The translations under genes and the position numbers were made by a program. 64,000 nucleotides of DNA from NCBI RefSeq assembly GCF_009914755.1, contig NC_060934.1, one strand, 5' to 3'. Below the pieces are notes generated by a model. That model searched no databases. It was not told the origin of the DNA and was given only the letters and a program-made list of their open reading frames with translations. The stretch comes from the human T2T-CHM13v2.0 reference genome, Homo sapiens. Positions 20,201 through 35,777 of this stretch are shown piece by piece; the first letter of the stretch is position 1; each line of letters begins with the position of its first letter.

Positions 20201-21878
20201 CCCCGTGTGCTCGTCCTAAAACTAGGACGAATGTACCAGACGACAAGCAGCCTTTGTGTGTAGGAGAGGATAGGTTTTGTTTTGTCGTCTGTAAAATGGG
20301 AATGCTATGAAAAGTTCCACTATCTTAGGGATGTTTTGAAAAAAAGATGAGATAATGCGTGAAAAGTGCTTACCCCAAATCTGATACACATTTTACCCAT
20401 TCATCCTCCCACTGATGGTGACCCAGGCTGTCCTCACCACCCCGTGGCCACAAACAAGGCTGCAATGAACTTCTTCATACACATTCCCTTAGGATCCTGC
20501 GTGGAACTTTCTCTGGGATAGAGATCAACTTTCTAATTATTATCAGAATAGCAGATGCAATGTCCTGTTATTGTTTTAATCTGCATTTCTCTGGTTATCA
20601 ACCATTTGCATCTCCCGTTGTTTGTTAGTTTGGGGTTTTCTGTTGTATTTTTTTCAGCTTTCTGTTGGGTTTTGTTCTCATTTAAATGCAGGGATTTCTT
20701 GTATAGGAACATAACATACCTGTGGTTCAAGTTGCCATCAAATCTCTCCTGGATTATCGCAGCAGCCTCCTAACTGGCTTCTCTGCTTCTACACTTACAC
20801 TCTTGAATTTTAATCTCAAAACTACAGTATGCACTTCACAAGAATATATTCAAGTACATATCAAACCAATTAATATGGTTGCTTGTCGAGGGAGGAGGAT
20901 GGGGAATGTGGATATGAGGTAATTAATCAATTACCCAGATCACTGCTGACAGAGTGCCACGAAGAAAGGAATACAACTAACTTCTGCACCTGAAGTCTCC
21001 CAAAAGTTCTTTATTTGGAGACAGTTAGGGATACATGTGGTCAAGAATCTTCAGCACTTAACACAGCACTATCATGGTATTTTTCAGTAAATATTTGTTG
21101 AATGAATGACTGAGTGAGTAAATGGACACTTGACTTGGATCCTGAAGGATGAGTAAGATTTTATCTGGTGCAGAAGGGCAGGGTTCATTGGGAATTCTTT
21201 GGACACAAGCACCAAAAATGACCTGGCTAGCTTCAGCCGAAAACGAGTTGATATGAAGGTTGTATATAAGGCAACTCACAGAATCAGAGGAAAGCTGAAA
21301 ATTTACTTCAGGAAGCAGGGCTGAGCCATAGAGGAACTGTCTCTTCAAGGCTCTTCTGTTTTTCAAAATTCAAATTCCGGGTGAGAGGCAGTAATGTACT
21401 TGCAGTAGAGACGGAGTAAGGTGGCCAGATTTGAGAGACTTACGGGGATCAGCTCCACGGGGTTTAGTGGTTGACCAGATATGAGGGTGGAGACATAGAT
21501 AACTCACAGGTGTCTGGCTTTAGTGACTTGGGCACAGTGGAACTTCTCAGTGAGCTAGGGAAAAGGAGAAGCTGCAGTTTGGGGTAATAGTGGAAAAGTT
21601 TACAAGTCAGAGTCACCGATTAAGAAAGATGGAAAGCCTGACACAGAGCAGCAGGCAGGAACAAGGCTCTTGCAAATCAAAAGGCTTCAGAGCCTTTCAG
21701 CCTTCCAGCCTAATTGGTGTTCTGCTAATTGCATTGATTAAAGCAAACATTTGGGGCAATCAACGCTCCCATGAGGGTGGCTGCCATTCTCAGAAGCCTG
21801 AGAGGATTAGTGGCAGTGGCTGTAGGCTTTGCAGAGATCTTCAGAAACAGACACCTTTCTTTTTTTCCCATGCCTGTG

Positions 21879-21880
<2 letters not shown>

Positions 21881-21920
<40 letters not shown>
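21881..21920. repeat. (GT)20 microsatellite
   Basis: Perfect dinucleotide run. Confidence 0.97.
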
Positions 21921-21921
<1 letters not shown>

Positions 21922-21939
21922 AGAACATGGAAGTTTTTA

Positions 21940-25425
<3,486 letters not shown>

Positions 25426-25899
25426 GAAACCTTTGAAAGGGGAATTTTACCACCTTAAGAATATCAAGTTGATCCAAGACCTGCATCATACTAAAAATCT
25501 TCTGTGGGTGCCCCGAAGTGCAGAAGGCGCCTCCTCTGATAAGCCTGTGATACAGCAGGTGTTGATCCTAGGCCCGGCTGGTCAGCTTCTCCACAAGGCT
25601 GCCCTCTGACAAGCTCTGCGCTTCCACCACTGCCTCCCACAGGCCTCTTCTGCTCCCAGCCTTGGCCTTTGGGCCACAACCTCCAGAATACCCATGGTTT
25701 TCCTCCCTGAAAGATGGAGCCCCTAGGGCAACCATCTGCTCCTGTCCTCCAGCTCCATTGCAGCCGGCCTTTCCACCAGCCCCAGTCCAGGTGGGACAGG
25801 ACATGGAGACAGCAGGGACTCGAGTTTCCGTTTGGAGGCGGCAGGATTCAGAGGCAAATTCAGCCCCTTAAACCTCTGCTGCCGCCTCCCCTGCAGCAA

Positions 25900-26800
25900 C
25901 TGAGGCCTCCCACCTCTCGGAGCGAACCCCCAAGGAGAGCACAGCCAAGATTTTGGACTTCAGGAAACAGCATCCAGGCCATCGCTTGCCCTCGGGCTGA
26001 AGGCCACGCATCACTGCCCGTCCCCTCACAGGCGGCTGCACGCTCCGGCCCTCGCCCCAGCCCTCAGGGCCCCGGCGGGAAGCCCCTCTCTGAGCAGGCC
26101 TGGCCGGGTTGTGCCCTCCTGCGGAGTCCCCAAGGGGCGGGGAGCCCGCGCCTGCCTAGCCCGGCTCTCAGGACACCTCTGTCTGCGTCTCCTTCGTCGC
26201 CACTCCGGGTTTCGACTCCGCGTGGCCAGGCACCCCGGGTCACCACCTCTCGACCCAGGGCGAGCTCACGCCGCCGCCTGCGCGCTGAACTGGGAGCTGG
26301 GAGCAGCCGACATCGGTCTCTGAAACCCTGCGCTGGGAGGCCCTCGGCTGGGCGAGGATTCCTGGGCGCTGAACAAGTTTTCCCGGCGGTGTCTGTCCGA
26401 GCGCAGACAGAAGCCGCGCGAGGGAACGCGGGGTCGTGTCCTGGGGCGGCGGGGAGGGGCTGGGAGGGCGGGTGTGCAGGGGCCTGGGCTGCCCGCCGGC
26501 TAGGGGCGGCCACCTTGGCCGGAGATCCGACGCGCGGGGACTCCCGGTCCGCGCTCCTCCAGCAGGCCGGATCCGCGCGGCAGTCCTGGGCTCCGCTCCT
26601 CATCCTCCTGCCGCGGCCGCGCCCCGCTGGGGAAGGTGCGAGGTGCGGCGGACGAGGACGATTCTTGACGCTGAGCCTGTGGGCCAGGCCCGCGCCCACC
26701 ACAGGAATCTCTCCCGGGAAAGCCCGGAAAGATGCCAGCGGCCCCTGAAGCAGGGAGACCCCTGCGCGTGCGCTTCTGAGGCAGATGCATCAGGGAGGCC
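25900..26800. promoter_or_regulatory. Second CpG island about 6 kb upstream of OGDHL
   Basis: Very high GC and CpG content, GC boxes and G-runs; not recognisably repeat-derived. Confidence 0.8.
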
Positions 26801-27037
26801 TTCCTGGGCGAGAGGGAAAGGATAATGGAGTGAGGGGAGTGTTGTGGACCAAGGCCTGGAGGGCGAGCAAGGGTCTGGGGTGTCTGGCGATACTGGGTGG
26901 AGGGAAGGGGGTTCTCTGTGGCCGGCATCAGGTGCTCCAGGGCAGGGCTTGGAGATAGCCAGGCCCAGCCAAGGGTCTCAAACGTTCTACCTGACGTTTC
27001 AGTCCTCAAACCGCTGTAGGGCCTCTTCAGGGTTTCA

Positions 27038-27751
<714 letters not shown>

Positions 27752-28151
27752 TTACAGAGGCAGGGTCAGTGGGGCTGGGACAGCTTGGCTTTGGGTAGTA
27801 AGAGAAGAAGAGTCAAGGATGTCTTATGGCCCCTGAAGGTGTGCTCCAGGCCCCCTGCCTCTATGGGGCACAGTTACCACCTCTTAGGAGGCCTCACCTT
27901 ATGCAGAGTTGGGCCTTAATATTTATTTGAGGCCAAGAGAATTGTTTCCTCACTACCCTCGGAGAACTAACCTGATCTTGCTGTACAGAGACATAAGCAG
28001 TCCCTGCCTTCACAGTAGTTTCAGAGTACAGATGACTTCTGGCAGGTGCAGGGAGCACCCTCAGCTCTGAATAGGCAGAGAAGACAGAGAGACCAAAGAA
28101 TAAAACAAAAGAAAGAACACTGACATGGTTAACAAATCAGACAGAAGGTAA

Positions 28152-28280
<129 letters not shown>

Positions 28281-28727
28281 TGATGCTCTCACCTCAGCCT
28301 CCCAAGTAACTGGTAGGACAGGCACGTGCCACCATGCCTGGCTAATTTCTGTGTGCTTTGTAGAGACAGGGTTTCACCATGTTGCCCAGGCTGGTCTCAA
28401 ACTCCTGAGCTCAAGCGATCCACCTCCCAAAGTGCTGGGATTACAGGTGTGAGCCACTGCACCTGGCCCATTAATTGAGTGTTTTTTAGAGTCCAGATTT
28501 TCTTTTCAATTGCAATGTCAATACATGCTCATTATAAAAACACTAAAAAGCACAAAAAAATTGTAAAAGGAAAGAATATTCATATTTTCCTGTTTAAACT
28601 CAACCACCTTAGTTGAGTTTATCATTTAGTGTTTTCCTTCCAATTTTTCTTCCCTTACATGGTATTCAAACTTTTACCAAAGTTGTGGTTATACTGTCTT
28701 CACAATTTGCAGAGTCCCTTTTCACTT

Positions 28728-31700
28728 AAGATTATCTCAGAAGCGCTCTCTCATGGGTCATGGTTACATGGCAGCTACCGCGGCAAAGCGAGAGCCTCAG
28801 AGACGCCACTGCGGCCAGCACAGCCGGAGACCTGAGCTGGGGGCTGTCTGCAGGCCCTGCACTCTCTCGATGAGTTGGAGAAGTCCCATTGTATCAGAGT
28901 AAGATGGACGGTAGCTTTGATTGTGATTGTGGTGAGCTGGAGCCACCTGATCACTAACAAAAGACACCTTCTGTTAACCAACAGCCGCCAGGGCTTCCTG
29001 TTGAAATATATAGCAACAAAGGAAGAAAAGAAGCAAAACGGAAATAGTGCTTAACAGCACCTTAGAATGATGCTGCTCAGGACCAGTCCAACACTGAATG
29101 TATATGCACTGTGAGGAGAATGTTCATAGAAGCCTGTTGTGTGCATATTTATTCACATTTTTGTTAAATGTTAAATCGTTTAGCACAGTAATCTGAGTGC
29201 ATAGTATATCATTTCATTCCGTTTGAGTTTCTTGAGTGTTTTCTTTAAATGTCTGCAGAGTTGCTGCCCCTTTCTTGGACTATGAGTACTGCAATCTTTT
29301 TAATTCTCAATATGAGTAGAGCTTTTTGAGCTTTAAATCTAAGGGAAACTCAACAGGCCTGTTTGGCGTATGCAATGAACATCAAGAAACCATCTTGCTG
29401 TGGAAGCATAATTATTTTTTTTTCTCTCTTTTTGAAAGATCTTTCCTTTGGATGCCAGTTTTCTTCCTTGTTTACACAAGTTCAACAATTCAAAAGGAAA
29501 AGGCAATATAATTGGCAATGATTGGCCTATACATAACAACTTTGATATTGATGAAGTTCAGCTTGATCCAAGAGCTCTGTCTGATGCCACTGATGAAGAA
29601 GAAGTACAGGTTGACCCCTGAAAATATTTGGATGGAGATCGGGAAAAGTATCTGGAGGATCCTGCTTTTGATACCAATTACTCTACTGAGCCTTGCTGGC
29701 AGTACCCAGATCATCATGAAAACAAATATTGCGATCTGGAGTGTAGCCATACTTGTAACTGCAAAACGAGGTCATCATCATATTTAGATAACTTAGTTTG
29801 GAGAGAGAGTGAACCATTACTATGAACCCAAGCTTATTATAGATCTTTCCAATTGGAAAGAACAAGCAAAGAAAAATCTGATAAGGCAAATCAAAATGTG
29901 AAAGGAATGGATTGGTTAAAGCCAGATAGCACTAAAGGAAGCATCACAGCAACTGGCTGGAAAAGAAAGGGAAAAGAATCATGGATTTGATTTTGATTCC
30001 TTTATTGCAGGAACTATTCAACTTAGTTCCCAACATGAGCCTACTGATGTTGTTGATAAATTAAATGACTTGAATAGCTCAGTGTCCCAACTAGAATTGA
30101 AAAGCTTGATATCAAAGTCAGTAAGCCAAGAAAAACAGGAAAAAGGAATGGCAAATCTGGCTCAGTTAGAAACCTTGTACCAATCTTCTTGGGACAGCCA
30201 GTGTGTGAGTGGTGGGGAGGACTGTTTTCTCATCAATCAGTTTTGTGACGTAAGGAAGGATGAACAAGTTGAGAAAGAAAACACTTACACTCGTTACTTG
30301 GACAAGTTCTTTAGCAGGAAAGAAGATACTGAAATGCTAGAAACTGAGCCAGTAGAGGAAGAAGAGCTTGGGGAGAGAGGAAATGAGGAAAGGTTTCTGA
30401 ACAACAGTGGGGAGTTCCTCTTTAACAAGTTTCAGTCGCGTCCATGTGAAGAGACCACCAAACAGGCTTTGTGTGAGCAACAAGGCTGTTTATTTCACCT
30501 GGACGCAGGCGGGCTGAGTCCGAAAAGAGAGTCAGTGAAGGGAGATGGGGTGGGTCTGTTTTATAGGTTTTGGGTGGGTAAAGGAAAATTACAGTCAGAG
30601 GGGGTTGTTCTCTGGCTGGCAGGGGTGGGGGTCACAAGGTGCTCAGTGTGGGAGCTTGTGAGCCAGGATGAGCCAGGAGAAGGAATTTCACAAGGTAATG
30701 TCGTCAGTTAAGGCAGGAACAGGCCATTTTCACTTCTTTTGTGATTCTTCAGTTACTTCAGGCCATCTGGATGTATACGTGCTGATCACAGAAGATATGA
30801 TGGCTTAGCTTGGGCTCCAAGGCCTGACAAAAAGCAGCTCGAGTCCATAGGCATCCCGCAGTTTCACAGTCCAGTTGGGTCACCACTTAAGTCAACACAG
30901 GCCACATTAACACCTTCTGCTATGAAATCTTCCTCTAATATTCCTCATCAAACATACAGTAGCAGTCTGAAACTTCTGAACTAAAACACTCAGCAGACAT
31001 TTATCTTTGTATTCTGCATGAAATGTGTTTTGTCTTTTTTTATTACTAGTGTTTAAGTCATTTTTTACTTGAATCAGATGGTGTCATTTAGTAAGGATTT
31101 TATTAGTTCTTGGCTTTTAAAATCCAGACTTTCTTTTTCTACATGTGAGATAGTTTTTATTTTAACTGGCATGTCATTTGCTCACAAAAGTAAAGACTAG
31201 AGCAAAATAATGCAATGCAGGAGAAAAGAAATGCACTAAGACAGGTAAAGAACATTCTCTCATAGAACAATGATCTGTTTTACAGGAAACAAACCTTGCC
31301 TTGAAATTTACACAGTGAGACTATACATAATTGCATGAAAATAGCTATTTTTTCTAAGACATTATTCATTCATGAGTATTTTCAAGTTTTTCATACTGTA
31401 CACATTTCTCAAAACACATGATACCAGCAGCAACTGAAAATGAATGCTGAATTTGGTACACATGTGTTATCTACCTCAAGGTAACAAGAGTATGTGGCAA
31501 AACATATACCACCATAGTGCTTCACAATATGCACTTCTATTTAGCCAGCGTTTATTGTAGTAAACTATTCTTAATAAGACTCATTCACTGTTTATAAATG
31601 TTCTGGTATGCATTCTTTATAGTGAAGTGTTAATACATCGCATCTTATTTATTTTAGTATATTTTCTGTATTTAATTATTAAAATTAACTTAGTTTTTAA

Positions 31701-32125
31701 AATGTATTTGTAAATACACTTTTTCCATTTGACACTATGGTTTGTTGCTTTCCTAGCTGAATCTATAATGTCAGCTTATCCTAAGCCTGTCCACATACTT
31801 AATTTACTTAAGTGTTCATTTTAAGTAACATGCTCACTGTGTATAAGAATTTGTATTTTGGAGGTGCTTGATCTATCTACAAAGAAAAATTAATTAGGAA
31901 TTACTTTATTATAAAATGATCCGAGAAGTTTGTGTTTATTTAAAAAAAAGTTAGAATTGTGTACATGGAAGTAATTAAGGTACATCATTATTGTACTTTA
32001 AAAGTTGTACATGATAAGACATTTTGTTTTTACTGTATGTTTTTACTGAATGATCTATTCCCCATCCCAAGGCAAGCATGAATAAAGTTAGGTTAAATGA
32101 AAAAAAAAAAAAAAGATTATCTCAG
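28728..32125 (+). pseudogene. MAPK6P6: MAPK6 (ERK3) processed pseudogene lacking the kinase domain
   Basis: Intronless 5' UTR, C-terminal coding remnant (DWPIHNNFDIDEVQLDPRAL...FLFNK/QLESIGIP...LN*, TAA 30982-30984), 3' UTR, AATAAA 32081-32086, poly(A). 13-bp TSD AAGATTATCTCAG at 28728-28740 and 32113-32125. Premature TGA at 29619 plus frameshifts. Confidence 0.93.
30430..30829 (-). mobile_element. HERV-H solo LTR (LTR7 family)
   Basis: Minus strand starts TGTCAGGCC..GAGCCCAAGCTAAGCCATC and ends CTCTTCACATGGACGCG..TGAAA; TATA 30560-30565, AATAAA 30489-30494; 5-bp TSD ACAAG/AAAAG. Confidence 0.93.
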
Positions 32126-32820
32126 GAGCATTTTTCCATCATATGATAAACTTGCAGGTAATTACAATATTGAGCAGGTCACTCAGTCCTGGTCTGCCAG
32201 ATTTAGCTTCATTCTTGAACCCCAAATTCCAGTGAATCTACAAATATGAATGCAGATGCCACTTGGTTTCCTTTCCTTTTGCATTATAATAAAAATTAAG
32301 AAAGCTGGCTCTGACATTTATTAATCCTCTTCTTTTCTGAAAAATCTTTAGGCAATGATAAACACAGTGCCTTAGAAATACCAGCAGGATAATTAACTTC
32401 CAATGGAAGCAGGGAGGAAGTATGGGCTGAGGTTAGTTAATAAGATTGGGAGAGCCTCCTATATTATATGAAGTGTGTGGGCTAGAGATGACGGCCTTAG
32501 GGAATAATCAATGTCATTGTTGGTTGGGTTCGATTGATTTCATAAGGAAGTACTGAGCTATTGAAACATCGGCAGATCAAGACATCACTTCATTATTTAA
32601 ACTCCACCAAGAGAGTTTGCAACATGTTCTCAGTGGTTGACCTGGGAGGGGAAAGGAGACATTTGTCTGTCCTTATTCACACCATGAATCACAGCTAGAA
32701 AGAGGGTCTCTGTTGACCACTCAGGAAGCTCCAGGAAACAGGCCTTAAGTTTTGAGCTCAGAGACTCAGTAGCAGAGTGTTCAATGTCTTCTAGAAACTG
32801 GACTTCATCGTTGTCTATGT

Positions 32821-32980
32821 CTTTGCTATTCAGACTTTGATCCACAAACCAGAAGCATCAGCATCATCTAGGAGTTTGTTAGCAATGCAGAATCCTAGCC
32901 CCACCCTAGACCTACTGAATCAGAATCCATATTTAAACAATATTCCCAAGTGACATGCACATTAAATTTGAGAGGCACTG
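32821..32980 (+). mobile_element. MER5A hAT MITE
   Basis: AGCATCAGCATCA..TTGTTAG..ATGCAGAATC..CCCCACCCTAGACCTACTGAATCAGAA; degenerate 8-bp TSD GTCTATGT/CTCTCTGT. Confidence 0.85.
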
Positions 32981-33131
32981 CTCTCTGTAATATCAAGAAT
33001 GTTTCAGCCCTTTAGAGAAAATTATGCCCTAGGTAAGGCTGTCAACAAAAAGGATGCATAAAAAGGACCAACTTCGTGGCTTAATTTTCAGTGAGTTCAT
33101 CTTTAAATACGTTAAATAAAAACTCCATCTT

Positions 33132-34040
33132 TACTTAAACAATTGAACAAGCAGAAAACAAATAACCCCATTAAAATGGGGCAAAAGACATGAACAGGTG
33201 CTTGTCAAAAAAAGACATACAAGTGGCCAAAAAACATGAAAAATTGTTCATCATCACTAATCATCGGAGAAATGAAAATCAAAACCACAATGAGATACCA
33301 TCTCACACAGTCAGAATGGCCATTATTAAAAAGTCAAAAAACAATAGATGTTGGCAAGACTGCAGAGAGAAGAGAACGCTTACACACCACTTGTGGTGAT
33401 GTAAATTAGTTCTGCCACTGTGAAAAGCAGTTTGGGATTTCTCAAAGAACTTAGAACTGCCATTCAGCCCAGCAATCCCATTAGTGGGTATATGTCCAAA
33501 AGAAAACAAATTGTCCTACCAAAAGACACATGCACTTGCAGGTTCATTACAGCACACTATTCACAATAGCAAACTCATGGAATGAATCTGGGTGCCCATC
33601 AACAGTGGATTTGATAAAGAAAATGTGGTATGTATACACCACAAAATCTTACACAGCCAAAAAAGAAAAAAAGAATAATATCATGTCCTTTGCTGCAACA
33701 TGGTTGCAGATGGAGGCCATTATCCTAAGTGAATTAAAGCGGGAATAGAAAAACCAGATACCGCATTTACTCACTTATAAGTGGGAGCTAAACATCAGGT
33801 ACACATAGACATAAAGACGGCAAGAATAGACACTGGGGACTACTGGGGGAAGGCCAAGGTTGAAAAACTAACATTGTCAGTACCTGGTCAGTATCAAGGT
33901 ACCATGGTCAGTACCTGGATGATGGGACCATTTGTATCCCAAACCTCAGCATCACAAAATATACCCACATAACAAACATGCACATGTACCCTCTGAATCT
34001 AAAATAAAAGTTGAAAAAGAAAAACAATTAAAAAAAAAAA
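33132..34040 (+). mobile_element. 5'-truncated L1 (L1PB/L1MA-like 3' end) followed by an Alu monomer (about 34052-34180)
   Basis: ORF2 tail, 3' UTR and poly(A); target sequence CTCCATCTT is present three times (about 33123, 34044, 34187). Confidence 0.9.
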
Positions 34041-35738
34041 AACCTCCATCTTGTCCGGGTGTGGTGATGTACCTGTATTCCCAGCTATTTGGGAGGCTGA
34101 AGCAGAAGAATCTCTTAAGCCCAGGGGTTCGTGCTCAGCATGGACAACATAGCAATAGCTCATCTCTAAAAAAAATAAAAAAACAACTCCATCTTGCCTA
34201 TCTATGTTCAAGAGTTCCAATATTTGGAAACATTTTTCCTTTTGCCACTTCCTCAGAGGCAGTTATTTCTTTTCCAAGTGCCACTAGGGAGTGTTTCCTA
34301 CTATGACTTTTATGGAAGACCACAGAAATATGAAATGGGAAGGCCTTGCTTGTGTGTGGTTCACAAACAGGCATTTCTTTTTAGGAGTTTGCATTGCATT
34401 AATATCTACATTTTAAAATAACACATTTTTAACGTTTTTATTATTGTTAATCATTTATGTCTGGCTCCATTCTTCTCTTTGGCCTCTCATCCTTCCATGG
34501 TCATATCAGGGCCAAAGAAATAAATCTCTCGGAGGTTGGCTAATTGTTGTCTTAATTTCTAAAGCTGGAGATTTTAGCATAATTACTAAAGGAAATGAGA
34601 TCTGGCTGCATCACGCAAGAAAAGTGAATGCACTTGTCCCACCAAGTGTGGAACAGTGGGCAGCCAGAAAGCAGCTGAACTTTCAGGACCAAAGGCAGCG
34701 CCCGGACCTCCACTCTTTTGCCATCTGGTGACCTGGCAGCTTCTGCCACTGCAGGCACAATTCCCAGCTCTGGATTTACAGCATCTCAGGGAGCCACAGA
34801 ATCTCAAATGTCTCTAGACTTCAGAATTAATTCATTAAAAAAAAATTAACTAATGTGTAGCACTTTACAGTCAGGGTAGTAGAATGTTATAAAAGCCAAA
34901 TAAATGATCTTATGCTACAGAGCACAAAATATGGAAAGTGACAAGATGGTATTTAACCATGGTGGCTCAACCAAGACCGATATGGCAGTACTCTCCTTTG
35001 CCAAGCCTTCCACCTCCCTATACATCTCTGCTAGCATCTCTTTCCTCCTCCTCTGCCCAGAGCTACGGGCTCTGAGGGGGTTAATTACTGGGTGACCTGG
35101 TAAAGGACTCTGAGGCATCTCAGGGCATCCAGATTATAGGAGTATCCATACAGCCAATTGTAAATACATATCAGAAACCTCAAAATGTCCACTGTGGAAT
35201 GCTCTGTTGGGAAATCTATCCCAAATAAGCAAGTTTAAAAATAGCAAAGTTACACACATGGAGATGTTTCTTGCAGCATTGTTTAGAATAGCCCTAAGTT
35301 AGAAACAACCTAAAAGTCTAATTGTAGGGAAATGGCTAAATAAATTAATATACAGCTATATGATGGCTTATTTTCTAATCTTTAAGAAATGTGTTCATGA
35401 AGAGTGTTACATTGAAAAATGCTTCTGATAGAATGCTATTATAGTCAATACTTATAAAGCACTTACTGTGTGCCAGGTATTAAGTGCTTTAAAATTTTGA
35501 ATTTAATTTATTTAATTTTCACAAGTCTATGAGGAAAATATTGTTATTATTATCCCCTTTTTGAGGAAACTAAAACACGGAGAGATTAGACCAGCCCAGG
35601 GTCTAATGCCAGTAAGGGATAGAAAAAAATTCAAACTTGTGTGTACAATATAAACTCACCTACACATATATACACAGAAAGACACAATTTTAACATCCTC
35701 CTTTTTAAAAACTTTTTTCTTGAGCTGTAACTTATATG

Positions 35739-35777
35739 TTAGGTTGGTGAAAAAGTAATTGCTGTTTTTGCCATTAC
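35739..35777 (+). mobile_element. Half MADE1 (Hsmar1 MITE)
   Basis: TTAGGTTGGTGAAAAAGTAATTGCTGTTTTTGCCATTAC is one arm only. Confidence 0.85.

Noticed and set aside
25714-26748. 344-aa (+) and 212-aa (-) ORFs over the CpG island
   Set aside because: Pro/Arg/Gly/Ala-rich frames are expected from stop-codon depletion in GC-rich DNA; no homology recognised.
32300-32530. Schlafen-like reading (EALPILLTNLSPYFLPASIGS)
   Set aside because: Weak resemblance with no downstream Walker A motif; more likely part of the Tudor remnant or noise.
35739-35777. MADE1 as a miR-548-type hairpin
   Set aside because: Only one arm is present, so no hairpin can form.
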